Assembly: GCA_035084275.1 (NCBI GenBank)
Contig: CM068744.1
Coordinates: 62,248,001 to 62,312,000 of the forward strand
DNA: 64,000 bases
Direction of reading: 5' to 3'
DNA from: Hydrolagus colliei
Lineage: Eukaryota
How positions within the stretch are numbered: position 1 is the first letter of the stretch; each line of letters starts with the position of its first letter. Under the pieces are notes generated by a model that was not told where the DNA came from, made no database searches, and worked only from the letters and a program-made list of their open reading frames with translations. This document shows positions 12,913-25,718 of this stretch, piece by piece. Both the position numbers and the translations under genes were made by a program.

Positions 12913-15237
12913 TCGCACTAAGGTATGCTAAGGTGATGGGGGTGAAATAGAGGGTGTGAATCACCAACACAACTGGGAACCAATCAATGTGTTAAATATC
13001 ATAAGGTTACTATATTTTCTGGTACATGACAAATTAACAAATGATAAAATCTGTAACCAAAGTTTTATTTACAAAATAGGTTAGTTTAAAAAAGCAATCA
13101 CTCTTAATTGTTGGGGTTTGTATTGTTGTACGAATAAGATTTCCGCAAGCATTTCCTGGAACATTCCTGTAAGTTTTATGTGGCACTGTTTATATCATTG
13201 CAATTGACGTGCCTAACGAACTGTGACACACTATTGAATTCTGGGAGGATAGTTTTATAATTCTACACAAAATACCACTTTAACGATGGGAGTATAATGC
13301 AACCTGTTTCTCATTTGGACTCTGATCTCATTCTATGATATACACATATCAGGGCTAATTTGTGGTATGTCTTGAAAGAATTCCTTGAAAATAAATCCCT
13401 TTAGAATTCCCATAATTCCATTGGAACTCTGCTCCAGAGGTCATTTGTTTTCGGTGCTTAAGAACAAATGAAGCCCAGAAATGTATGGCAAAGAAGAAGA
13501 TTATTTTATCCATCACATAATCCAAACCAGAGTTCCATCGATTCCACTGCATTCCAACAGAAATTATTATGGGACATCAACCAAGGTGTTGGGCACCGAT
13601 TTCCATTGTATTATCGCTAAATCCTAGTTCAGCAAGCAGTGGTTAACTTTCCATTTCTAGGTGCAAAGGATAATTTTGCATGCAACAACAGTGCGGGAGA
13701 GAGAACCATGGGCTGAGGTATGGTTTGCACTCCTGTTCTGTGCACACTTTGTAGCCTTTTGGAGGTGCAACTGCAGAAACTCTTGTGTTCCGAGGATAAA
13801 TATGGAGATTAGGTGGAAGCACTTGGAACTTTTGTAGCACTGCTTGAGTTATATAATTCATAGCTGCCTAGCCATGTTTTTTTTAATGTTTGCTGTAGAA
13901 TGATGAATTGTGGCACACAGTAAGTCATCCTTACCAGGCTGTACTATACTGAGTCCAGGAGCAGGAGATGAGTTTTCAATGCAACCTGTCAAGCTGACTC
14001 ATAATATTCCATGACTTGGTAGAATGGCCCTTCAAGTATATTGACGTTGCTTAAGCAATGAGGAGCTTTTGTGAAGGTTATTTGACTTCTATACCAGCTT
14101 TTTCATGACCTTGTCCCTGCAAATTATGGGTGTCATGTCCAAGAAAAAGAGTGTTTGCAATTGAGGAGAGGTTGAAACCTTGTAGATGAGAGGTTGCTGG
14201 GCAACATCGGAGATGATCTATGTTGACAGAATTAATTAATCTCGTCTTCTCAGGAATGAAGGTAACCCATTTACGGGTTTGTATTCTGTGTTGTGCTTAA
14301 CACCATAACATTCATTTATTCGTTAGAGCACAATGCATATGTACGCACCTCTTACTGCTAATACTTCTTCCATTAAACCCCAGAAGGGTTCTAGGGATCT
14401 GCAATGAAGGGCCCCAAACATATTAAGGAACCAATACATTTTAGAGTGTGCAGAACGTGGAAAATTGTTTAGTTCAGTCTTAACCTTGAAGTCGGATTTC
14501 AATAGATCTTAAGATGAACTTCAGGGCTGTATTTAATAATTTGTCAAATTCTGTGCGCTCTGAAATGCATTGTTAATGGAGTAAATATATACTTGGGTGG
14601 AATTTCTCCCCATGCATGTTCCACTTCAGGTCTAATCTACACACACCTGTGCATTACTTTGACCCAGATTTGATGAATTTAGGAACCATTCAAACCATTT
14701 TGTTTATTTTAATAGCAAGAGCGCACTGGCTGCTAAGATAGTCAGAGCAACAGGCCAGCCCTTTGGTTACATTTAATGCATAAGTTAATATGATTTATTA
14801 ACTTATTTAATTGCGTGAAAAGGCATAATTTTGCAGAAAGTTTACTTCACTTTGAACTCTATAATAGCCTGGCATGCTCTCAAATACTGTGTGATACTGT
14901 AGTTGTTTTTAAGCCTCTGTGAATGAGCGTGTACCTTGCTTTGAAACTCTGAGGTTTGGGGTAAGCTGTGTTGGCTCAACTCATAGCAAATTCATGGGGA
15001 AATATAACAGATGCAACTTGGCAATGGGAACTGGGAAAGCATAAATGTTCACTGAGACGGAAAATTAACTTTAACATTTAACAGGCTGCAAATTAAATAT
15101 TCAAATATGATATTACATTTTGAAAAATAATACGAGGTTATCCGCTACCTGTAATCTATTTTCATGTATAGAATTATCTCTTTGAACCACTGGAGATTGC
15201 ACTGGTGAGAACTTTACATAGTTAAGAAAGCATAATA

Positions 15238-15445
15238 TTTTAGAGATTCTTGAATTTAATAAATTGTTCAATTTATTAAACCTTATGAAGCCAAATTTCT
15301 TAAGAACTTACAGAAAACTGGCTTCAAAATCAAGTATTATGTTTTAGAGATTCTTGAATTTAATAAATTGTTCAATTTATTAAACCTTATGAAGCCAAAT
15401 TTCTTAAGAACTTACAGAAAACTGGCTTCAAAATCAAGTATTATG
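15238..15445. repeat. Exact tandem duplication, 2 x 104 bp
   Basis: 15238-15341 equals 15342-15445 by direct reading. Confidence 0.95.
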
Positions 15446-15559
15446 TCTTTAAGAATTTGCCAAATTCGGACAAGAAAAGAAAAGGCAGAATTAAATGGTG
15501 CTTAAACCATTGGTACTCTTGGCACTTGACTGACATACTTTTCTAAGGCTGAGTCAGAT

Positions 15560-16380
15560 TGCTCAAATTGCAACCACTACTTGTTTGCAGTAGCAGAAAT
15601 GGATGCTGAACAGGGCGGTGGGGAGAACGGAGGTTGACTAGGGTCCGTCGATATGGAAATTTTCCGATATCGATATATCGGAGGCTCATATCGATATATT
15701 GATATTGCCTGTTTTTTTTATCCTGTGTATGCACATGCATTCCGATATGCGCACGCATTCCGTGCTCTAGGCCCAGGAGGTTTGCAATGCCGGCGACAAG
15801 GTAAGTTGAAAAAGTTTGCATTATACCGATACATCGCCGAACACGATATACCGATATTTGCGATGTACCGATTTTTTTTAATACCGAATTGTTCGATATA
15901 CCGATATATTTAAATTTCCAATATCGGCATATCGATATGAAAAATTATACCGGTATAACCGATATATCGAAATATCACTACTGTAGACACACTCGAAGAG
16001 ACAGGTTTCAAGATTGGACTTTAAGGCATAGAGAGAGGTCGAAGGAGGAAATTTCTGAGATGAGGGGCATTGAATTAGGAAACTCAGCCACAGATGGTGA
16101 CATGCCTAGGGCATCAATGCACAGTAAACTGGGGTTAGCTGAGCAGAGGTGAATGAGTGGGAGTAGATTAGAGCGATGGGTGTGCAGTCGTGTGTGAATG
16201 GATTTATAAGTGAGAGTGAGGATCTTAAAATCAACCCGCTGAAAGACAGGGAGCTGGTGGAGCCAAGAGAGGGCTGCAGTGACGGACCTGCAGAGTTTGG
16301 TGCAGGAGAGGATGTGGGCAGTGGAGTTTCAGATATTGACGTTTATGGGTGGTATTGGAATAAAACAGAATGGTATTAGG
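15560..16380 (-). mobile_element. Degraded L2 fragment interrupted by a hAT MITE
   Basis: Purine-rich plus strand resembling the reverse complement of L2 ORF2 3' region copies. Confidence 0.55.
15639..15976. mobile_element. hAT-type MITE, right end lost
   Basis: Starts TAGGGTCCGTCGATATGGAAATTTTC, the same as 30578. Carries many CGATAT/ATATCG subterminal motifs. Confidence 0.85.
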
Positions 16381-16786
16381 AATCCTGAATAATGATTTGC
16401 GAGCATGATCTTCTAAAATGAGGGAACATAATTATATTGAAAATATACACAATAAGAAAATACTTGCCTCTTCAAGGCTATTCATGTTTTGTTGTACCTT
16501 AAACTGCAAGCAATCCATTAAACCTCCTGAAAACGATAACTAGTGGTAGGGAAAATTGTCCAAGTAGCAACAGAAGCATTGTGATACTTCTATTGATTTG
16601 CAAAAATCCCAGGTGTCATCCCAATACTGTATGGCAATCTATAATGCCCAACACCCTGCAGTTCACCATATGACAGTTCTACTGTGCTCCATACTCAATT
16701 TGATAAGCCACCTTATCTTATAGTAAAGCTTCCTTCCATGTATCCATCCAACTTTCAATTTCACGCTTCACCGGGTATTTATTTAG

Positions 16787-16960
16787 GTCAACTTTTAAAA
16801 GGGAATTAGATCTTTATTTAGGGAGAACGGGTCTATTAGGCTATGGGGAGCGGGCAGGGCAGTGGGATTGAATCGCTCTTTTCAAAGAGCCGGCACAGAC
16901 TAGATGGGCCGAATGGCCTCCTTTTGTGCCGTAAAATTCTATGATTCTATGATTCTATGA
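16787..16960 (+). mobile_element. CR1 (second family) 3' end with (ATTCTATG)3
   Basis: Octamer tail typical of CR1. Confidence 0.9.
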
Positions 16961-18371
16961 TTTATTTTTCCAAAAAGTACTTAACCAACACAATATTACC
17001 TACTTCTATTGATAGTCTGCTCCACAAACCTACTACATTTTTATTGGGGTAAGGGGTGAAGACTCTCACTTGAGTTTTTCTAATTTGTTGTATAGTGCAG
17101 TGATCTACGTTTGAAGATAAACCTGTCTGCTACATGCACCACAAGGTCCCACAATCAACCAAGAGGTGATGGACAAATTAATTTGAAGGATTGTTTGGCT
17201 GTAACATTTGTCTGCTAGAATTCCCTTCTTTTGTCAAATAGTGTTGTGGGGATCATGCAATGTTGATCTTGAACACACTATTGGGACCTCAGTTTTACAT
17301 CTCAGGTGACAGACTATTTTCAAAAATGGAGTTTGCCTTGTGACACCCCCACTGATGTGAAAGGGGTTATACAAATGTAATTTGTTGTTGTTCTTGCAAT
17401 TCCCATTAAATCAGTATTAATTCATTGACAGAACATTAGACTGACAGCTGGAGTTACAATATACAAGAATTCTCTCAATTCATGCCCTCGTTATTTATAT
17501 TAAAGAAAAACAATATGCTACGGAATTGGCATATTCTTAAATGCTCAGTAGTGATTGGTGTCTTTGAATTGCCCCATATTACTGTACCATAATTTAGGCT
17601 TTAGGAACAAATCACGGATGCTTAAATAATTATTAGAGGCAGCTGGGAAGCAACCATTTTGCATAGATTGCCCTTTAAGTGCCACCATAACTGGAAACAG
17701 TAAATTATGAAAATTCACTGCCAAATATCAGCAATCAAATCAGAAGCAATTCTATATCAGAAACATGTCTTAATAAGTCATCAAACTAATGAGCACCCAC
17801 TGATCGGGAATTGAAACAACAATAATAAATTGTGTTTACATAGTGCATTTCATAATTGACAGAGTCAAGGAGCACTTGAAAAAAAATTCATCAAACTGTG
17901 GTTTTGTTTAAAAACAAAATGTTGACAATCTATGTACAGCACAAAGAAAAAACTTGTCTCAACTCTTGTTAGTTTGGGGAAATAAATGCTGCACATTTTA
18001 TAGTTTCTGGAGTTACATAAAGCTAATTCTGCAAACACATCAATCACTGAAATTTATTTCAATTCTCTGTGAAGTTTATGAAGTTATGAAGTATTGATGC
18101 TAAATCCATTGTGAACTTTTTTTAATAACCTATCTCCTGAGTTTCAGCACTGCTCAGTAGTCCTAAGGTCTTGGACATATAGCCTGTTGGGTATGAAAGG
18201 CACAATTGATGCACTCTTAAGAAATTGAGTGTACAAGGTCAACCTTTGATGCTGGGAAATTGACATAGATTGCTAGGAAGATTTCAAATGAGTATCTGAA
18301 GAACCAAGAATATTGATGCTGCTGTAATTATAATGTACTGATGTCATGGTTGTAAGGAGAGGTAACATGTA

Positions 18372-19007
18372 CAGTCAACCCTCACCGAGCGAAACTTTCG
18401 AGTATGGATTTGCCTATACGCGAAGAAATAAATGCAGCATTTTTTTTTACATATACTGGCTGGCCCTGCATGCATGCCCATTTGGGAGGACGCCAGCAGC
18501 TCCCGACTAAATTTGATGATTCCTCGGCTGGCTGGCCCCGCGCTCATGCGCATTTGGGAGGATGCCGGCCCCTCGTGCAATGCACACTTGGGAGGACGCC
18601 GCCGGCCCCGCCTAAGTCCAATGATTCCTTGACCTCAGAGCAACCTGATGGCATTGCATGGTAAATAGAAGAGACAGAGAGAGAGTCTCCTAACGCTTCC
18701 AGGATCAAAGATAAAATAATTTAGCCTAGTTTTGGTAGTGTAAGGTACTGTTTTATTGTCTCCAGTGAGTCAGTGAGAGCGGGGAGACTGATGAACGGGG
18801 AGAGCGGGCCAGCCGGCTGTAGCCCGTCTCAGTACGTACTTTGCATTGGTCAGGTGTGGATGTGCCTGGAGGCTTGAGGTTGGATAGCCTATGGATGGAT
18901 TCCCCTAACCCCCTTTTTCTCATTACTTATTAAGCTTACCAAATGCGATTTTACTGAGTGCGATGTTTTCCAGGAACGTAACCCCCACGTTTGGCGAGGG
19001 CCAACTG
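18372..19007. mobile_element. Tigger/pogo-like MITE (family C)
   Basis: TIRs CAGTCAACCCTCACCGAGCG and CGTTTGGCGAGGGCCAACTG, TA flanks, and three internal GC-rich repeats containing TTGGGAGGAYGCC. Confidence 0.85.
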
Positions 19008-19009
19008 TA

Positions 19010-19308
19010 AAATTAGTCCTTGCTTAACGTCATAGTTGTGTTCTTGAAAAGCGCGACTTTAAGTGAAACGATGTTACGCAAACACATTTTTCCAATAAGA
19101 ATTAATGTATAAACACTCAGGACTGTGGATGGACACTGCGTCAGAATACAGGACGGTAGCCTACGCTACCCAAACTACAGTACAGTTGTTCATTTCCACC
19201 AGCTGGCAAACAACGTAATAGCGAACATCGCAATGTTAAATGGATATATGTTCCCTATGTATCAGCAACATAATAACGAAACAACATTGACCGAAGCAAC
19301 GTTAACCA
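19010..19308. mobile_element. Tigger-like MITE (family D), degenerate ends
   Basis: TTAGTCCTTGCTTAACGTC start and repeated AACG..GTTA subterminal motifs. The right TIR is incomplete. Confidence 0.55.
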
Positions 19309-19319
19309 GTATAAATTTT

Positions 19320-19720
19320 AAAAACCTTACATTTTATATAGTGCCTTATTATTGAAACTTCTCAAAGTGCTTCACAGGATTTACCACAAAGACTAGTGAG
19401 AACATATTTGTAGGTGAATGCATTTTACTCACAATAATTTTCAATAAATATCTCCAAAGTGAATGACCATTTGTAAAATCTGGGATCTTGTTGGTAACGA
19501 CATTGGAAGAAGCTCCTTTATATTTTTAAATAGTGCATGAATTCGTTGAAGTACAGCTGAGTGGAACTGGGTTTAATGTGTTATCTGAACGACAGCACTT
19601 GAGACAATACAATGCTCGTCCTGCACTGTTTTCGAGGTCAGCAAAGATTATGAGCTCAATGTCCTGAAGTGGGACTTAAATCAACTTAAATCAACAACCT
19701 TTGGAGAGATCAAGCATGTT
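19320..19720 (-). mobile_element. Old Deu-SINE
   Basis: Degenerate tail, Deu core and head, similar to the 10490 copy. Confidence 0.6.
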
Positions 19721-20349
19721 TGCTCTAATGGACAGTTACAGAGTAACATTGACAGATGAAGGAGCAATCTAGCACCCGCTTAACCACTGCAAACTGCAAC
19801 AGAAAGAGCCCTGCAACAGAAAGAGCCCTCCAAACATGAAGAGTGATGAAAGACTGCAGGGGGTGGAGAAGGTAAAAGGAAAAGGGAGTTAAGTGTGAGT
19901 GAAATGGGATAAAGAATAAAGAATAACATTTTGGATGGAGGATTTGGATAATATAATAATCCTTGCATTTGATAATAATGCCTTATCATGTCATCGAGAC
20001 ATCTCAAAGAATTGAGATTCAATAGTGCTATTGAATCATCTGGGTCTACTAGACACAGGAGTATCCTTGTAGAATGTAACAATCCTTGTAAAGCATAGAA
20101 TGTCTTCTATGAAATAAGACAGTAGTAGGATGATCCAATCGTTCTCATTGTATATCTTTGTTTTAACTATTTGCACAACTCTCCTGCATTGATAAAGATA
20201 CTAAATATCTTGTCTTCCTACATCCTTTTATTTCAATGATGAAGTAACAGTGTTTTCTAAAAATAGCTTTGTATTCTCTAATGGTAATAAAGAAACAGAA
20301 GAGATATTAGGATGAATCCAGGTATTAGTAGAATGATCTTTTAATAAAG

Positions 20350-20640
20350 AATGCAGAAACTGGGTGTATTTTCACTGGAACACAGAAGACTGAGGGGAGA
20401 CTTGATAGAAGTCTTTAAAACTGAGAGGCTTTAATAGAGTAGTTTGAGAGAAATTTCACTTGGTTACTGAGTCAATGACTAGAAGGCATAAATTCAAGAT
20501 GATTACCAGAGGGATAAAGAGGGATATTAGGAGGTTTTTTTCATATCCGAAGAGTTGTTAGGATGTGGACCTGGCAGGTGCAGTGGTCAAGGCAGGATCC
20601 ATATCAGCATTCAAGGAGGAACCTGACAGATATCTAAAAA
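20350..20640 (+). mobile_element. Old CR1 ORF2 C-terminal fragment
   Basis: AGAAGACTGAGGGGAGACTTGATAGAAGTCTTTAAA translates as RRLRGDLIEVFK. Confidence 0.8.
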
Positions 20641-20974
20641 AAAGAGCAATTTACAGACTTCACAGTAAGAGTTGCGTGTAAATGAAAATATATTCACTTC
20701 TCTCCACACATAGGTTATACTCCATAAAAATGCTGAATTTTTACTCAATATGATGGATACTAACATTAAATCTAATTTCTGAAAAAATGCTGAAGATTCT
20801 TCCTATGGTATTCAACTCAAAGAGTTCAAATAGAATTGCAAGCATAGATCAGTGATTTATCTTATCTAATTCCTGTCTGCTTTAATTTAAAATTTCACTA
20901 CAGGTAAAAAGTTGAATTTTAGTAGCAGTTATCAATCAGAATACAACATATAGTATATAAAAGAATCCTTGCAT

Positions 20975-21130
20975 TTTATATGTATATGTGCATGTATGTA
21001 GATGGATATGCACTATATGCATATGGATGCAGATATACACTGTACATGTACAGTACATAGAGATGAATGATACATACAGACATTCACATTTCATGTAGAT
21101 CCAAGAGTATACATGGGCATACACCTACAG
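20975..21130. repeat. Degenerate purine-pyrimidine alternating (TA/CA/TG) tract
   Basis: Direct reading. Confidence 0.6.
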
Positions 21131-21214
21131 TAAAGAAACACAAATATAGATACAACTATGCAGAACTACATATTCAAGACATATTCAAATGTACCTATTC
21201 CTAGCTATACGCAT

Positions 21215-21500
21215 CAGAGTGGGTCAGTTGATAGCACTCTTGCCTAAGTTAGAAGGTTGTGGGTTCAAGCTCCACATCAAAACTTTGAGCGATAAATTGT
21301 CAAAGGTTCCATTCTTCAGCTGAGCGGGTAAACCAAAGTCCCCTCTACCTGTCTAGGTGGAAGCTAAAGATCCCAAGGCACTCATCAAAAAGAGAAAATC
21401 TTCAGGCAGTTAACCATCCTCCAGGTGCAGTATAATTGTTCACTTCATAGCTATTTGTGAGACATTGCTTTACGTAAACTGCTAGCTAACAGTGTTCTTT
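21215..21500 (+). mobile_element. Old SacSINE1-like Deu-SINE
   Basis: TAGCACTCTTGCCT...GAAGGTTGTGGGTTCAAG head and AGGTGGAAGCTAAAGATCCCAAGGCACT Deu core. Confidence 0.75.
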
Positions 21501-22444
21501 AAATACTCAAAAATATATAGCAGCTGTGTGCGCCAATGTTTACTGGAAAATATATGTATATTTTAAAACCAGCTAAAGATCATAGGTATTTAATGGGTTA
21601 TTTGCAATTTAGCTAAAATCTTACAGGAATTCACATACAAAGAATAGTTTGAGCCCAATGTTATTAGTTTATGGCTTAAAGGTATAATCCTGCACTTCAG
21701 CAACCCGGTAAAAAACAATGAATTATACCCTTGAGCTCAAAGTATGCTTTCTTGCTCTCAAATATTATCAGATTATCTCTGCATGATTGGTTGGCATAGA
21801 GGGAAATGGACCTGATGTATCTCTTCCAGGCATTCCTGACAGAATTGCTTGCTTCTGTTTTCAGACATTACTGTATTGTTGGCAGGCTCGTCAGGGGATC
21901 TAGTGTGCCTTACTGATTATCCTGTATACTGGGTCACTCAGTGGGTCATGGTGATAAATTTCCCCATATGCGGAATCATAGCTCTGCATGGCTCGAGAAG
22001 GGACCTCAAAAATTGATTGGAAGATACAAAGGGCATCAATTTCAATTGTTGATTCTTAAAGCTATCTTGTGGTGGGCTAGTACACTGACGATGGTCATCA
22101 GTGCCAAAGGCCATCCAATTGTTCATCGTTTCTCTTTGAGGACAGCAAAATTCTTATGCAAGTTAAGTTTGTGGTCTGATAGACATGTGTTCAAACAGAT
22201 CTCCTTCATGGATCCGAACATCTAGGCATGCATGCAGAAAGTATCTGCAGACCCATTTATGAAGTTCAAGATCATGCAGTGAGGTAGATTTGCAATAAAT
22301 GGGAGGCTGAAAGGGGAGAGGGCATATTGATGAGCACCCAGGAGATGGAGTTAGCTTCATTATCAGCACATCTACTTGCTAAAATCCTTTTCTGGAGGGC
22401 CTGGATCAAGCAGTTGGTGCTGAGTAAGCCTGATAATTGACATT

Positions 22445-22667
22445 GTGGAGTCCTATAGCTCAGTAGTTAGAGCACTCTCGCCTTGCAAGTGACACAACTG
22501 GGTTTGAATCCAGGCCAGGGCGTAACCTTGAGCAAGTTTCCTTGCGTGTAGCCCACAAATATACAGTCAATTCACTTTACAGTACAGTATATTCCTTGTA
22601 GCACTTTGAGATGTCTAGAAGACATGAAAAGTGCTATATCAAATGCAAGGATGGTTATTATTATTAT
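22445..22667 (+). mobile_element. tRNA-headed SINE with internal deletion
   Basis: Intact head TAGCTCAGTAGTTAGAGCA...GGTTTGAATCC joined almost directly to the tail. Confidence 0.85.
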
Positions 22668-25546
22668 TTTCAGTATCCAGCAGACCACCAAACAATTTAG
22701 CAATGTGAGGAGCACTTGTGTGGGTCATGGAAAAATGTCCATTCGTCTAGCTGAAATGCTTTGCTGAGGTTGCATTAGGAAGCAGTAGAGTTTTTGACTA
22801 TGGTGACTTGACCAGGAATGCTTACTGCTTACATTGGGTGCCAAAAGCAGAAAAGCATCACATTGCATAGGACAACGACTACCTTGAAGAGCAGTGAAAT
22901 AAATCACCAAAACAAAATGAACAGTGACTTTACGACCATTGTAAAAGTTGTATAAAAGTTTGAACTTTAAGGAATTAGCATCAATTTTCTGCTGAGCAAA
23001 GCAGGCCCCACTCCACTCCACAGTCTTCAATCATTTGAGTAGCAGTTCTAACTGTGTCTCTCTAAATAATGTGCACTTGTAACAGGGCAGTGCTTAGAAC
23101 GCAGGAAAATACTACTTAAAATTAAGATTATATTTTCATGAGGGTAGATGCATTGCTCTACAAACTGTACACATTGGGTAGATGTCAGTTTTATGAACCA
23201 AAGTTCCACCCACTCCCATCAACTAATATCAGATTTATAATTCATGTTGATTCGCTATGGTTTCACTATTCACGGTATGTTAGGCTTTAAGGGCTTTGAT
23301 TCACGGCCCACTGCAGGAATGAAACTGATACATCAGTTGCATCATAAATAATACATTGTGTGTTAACTAACTTAATCTTTACAGAGGTCCAGTTTTTCCA
23401 GTTATTCACGTTACAATTCAATATTTTATCAAATATAAAAGCTCCAAACATTGCAATAAATAAATCTATGAAGACATGCAAGTTAGATAACCTAATATTT
23501 AACTCAGCATTCAAGCATTGTACTCAGCAGATTAACCATGAGAGGGCAAGTCCCTTAGCATTGATCAAGTGAGGAAAGTACGGATTCACTTGGAATTCAC
23601 TTCCTCTTTTTCATCAGTTGTCCAATTAAAGAAAAACAATTAAAAAAGATCAAGCTTGAAGTCACATTGAGGACAGTGGCCAGAAAGTAATACACTGTTC
23701 ACCTGTTCATTCTGAAATTACGGGTGGTGCCTTATTTTTTGGAAAATAGTCGCTTCTCAGAGCGGCATACACATGCGCTTAAATAGCCTGCAGAATTTTT
23801 GCAATTTGATTTTCAACGAGGTGCTACTATTATTGCTTATTTAATATGAAAACTATTTTACCTAATAGTGTTTGCTGCTGCTTCTGTTACCAGCTAGCTA
23901 CCTTATAAACAGAAGTGAGTTTCTTCCAGTGACTGTTCTGGCCAATAACCCTCCAGATAATAATATTTGACATTCACTTTGTGGATGTGCACAATTGTAG
24001 GATATTGTTGTGCACAACTTCGGTGCCTAATTCCCTCAGAGAATACACAGTCACTGCATGTCACAGTAAAAATCCTTTGAAGAGCTTTAAGATATTTCAG
24101 CAATGTCATAAGACATTGTATCAAATGCAAAGATGATTATTATATATCAGTTGGGAAGAGACCTCAACTATCAATTCAGCAAGAGCTCAATTGTACAGTT
24201 CTCAGCTCTCTGACAATTTGTGATTATTCTCCTTGAAGGAGGGGAGAGATAAGTGGGATTTCAATGTGGTGTCTACAGCTATGAGGTCACTTAACTAGAC
24301 ATAACTTTGCAGTGTTGCAGTAACTCCAGGGTGCTGTTGCAGATTCACCAGCCTTCCTTGTTTCTCAATGAGAATTCGAAGAGTAGAAAAATTATTAGGA
24401 GTGAGATTCTTTTCACGTGATTCCCACTGTGCTGCAAAAAATACCCTATGGATAGGTTGGTCCTGAATATGGAGTGGGAAGCTCAACAGTCAATTAGTCA
24501 TTTAGTTCATTTAGTTCCAGCAATGCCCCTACACAGTAACTCCTCATACATTGGTATCTGTCAACCCTTTTCTCTGAGTTTAGGCATGTGGTACACACTT
24601 CCTTCCTGACAAGGAGGCAGGTGGAACGGGACATTTCTTAAGGAAGGCAAGGTGTTTCTGCTTGTGTCAGACAGACAACCGACAGAAAAAAGTAGACCTG
24701 CCCCTGAGCGACCACACACCCTTGATTCACCAAAAGAAGTTCATGAATGTGATTTCACTGATGATCAGTAGCCAAGTCACATACCGTGGTTTGCTAACTT
24801 TGCTGTCCGCATCACTGAAAATCAACAATTGTTTTTTCTGTGAAAAAAAATGCATTACAGGCATCATGAGATGAGCAGATAATTAATAGTTTTTGATGGC
24901 TTCGGAAGCTTTTGTCAATGAAAATAAAGTCTGTAATATTGTTTCACATATTCAAAGCATCCCATGAGTAGAGAGCATTCCACAGGTTCACTGCGGTTTA
25001 TTCCATACTCCACTATTCAGTATTAGAAATTTGTGGTAAGTACTGCTCATTTGTTTGCCAAATATTGGGACTGAAATTCCTTGTGCGCTTCATGATAAAT
25101 TGTTCAGGCAATAAAGGCTGTTTTTTTGTTGTTTTTAAACATACACTGAAATGAGTGATTCTGTTTTGATTTGAGCTGTAGGTCTGCCTTTATATGGATC
25201 GGTTACATCAATGCACTCAGCACCATCTAACACAGCAAAAAAAAACTCACAAACAAAACTGTAGAATCAAAGAGTTTAATCAAAGTGTAAACAAAATAAG
25301 TAAAGTGGCCAGATTTCTCTTTTCTTTTGAAACAACCAGTGCACACGGAAATAAATGGTTTTAAATCTAATCAGTGTATTCAAATCTCTTCTAAAGGACA
25401 TGTTATCAGCTCGGGTTTTCAGTGATAAGGTGCGCACAGTTTAACTAGGAAACTACATGGGCAAGAGGGAAGGAGAGTACAGACCTCAGGGGAATAAGTG
25501 ACTGTTCATTTTTGTACCTGGCAAAGCCAAGTGCAAAAGTTGTGAT

Positions 25547-25547
25547 G

Positions 25548-25579
<32 letters not shown>

Positions 25580-25580
25580 C
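25547..25580. repeat. (AAC)n microsatellite
   Basis: Direct reading. Confidence 0.95.
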
Positions 25581-25694
25581 CTGGTGCCATTGAGGCTATT
25601 ATTGTGGATTTTCTGGGTGGTGGCGGGGGAGAGATAAATATTGTTTTTCACTTTCCCTTCTCACTCAGTCTGTCTCCCAGTCATGGTCTCAGCT

Positions 25695-25718
25695 ACACAC
25701 ACACACACACACACACAC
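25695..25718. repeat. (CA)n microsatellite
   Basis: Direct reading. Confidence 0.95.

Noticed and set aside
15639-15976. CRISPR-like or operator array of CGATAT repeats
   Set aside because: The short irregular motifs are hAT subterminal repeats. There is no repeat-spacer periodicity and the context is eukaryotic.
25021-25035. 15-nt plus-strand microexon (CAG|TATTAGAAATTTGTG|GTAAGT)
   Set aside because: Splice-like signals of this size arise by chance and there is no support without RNA data.
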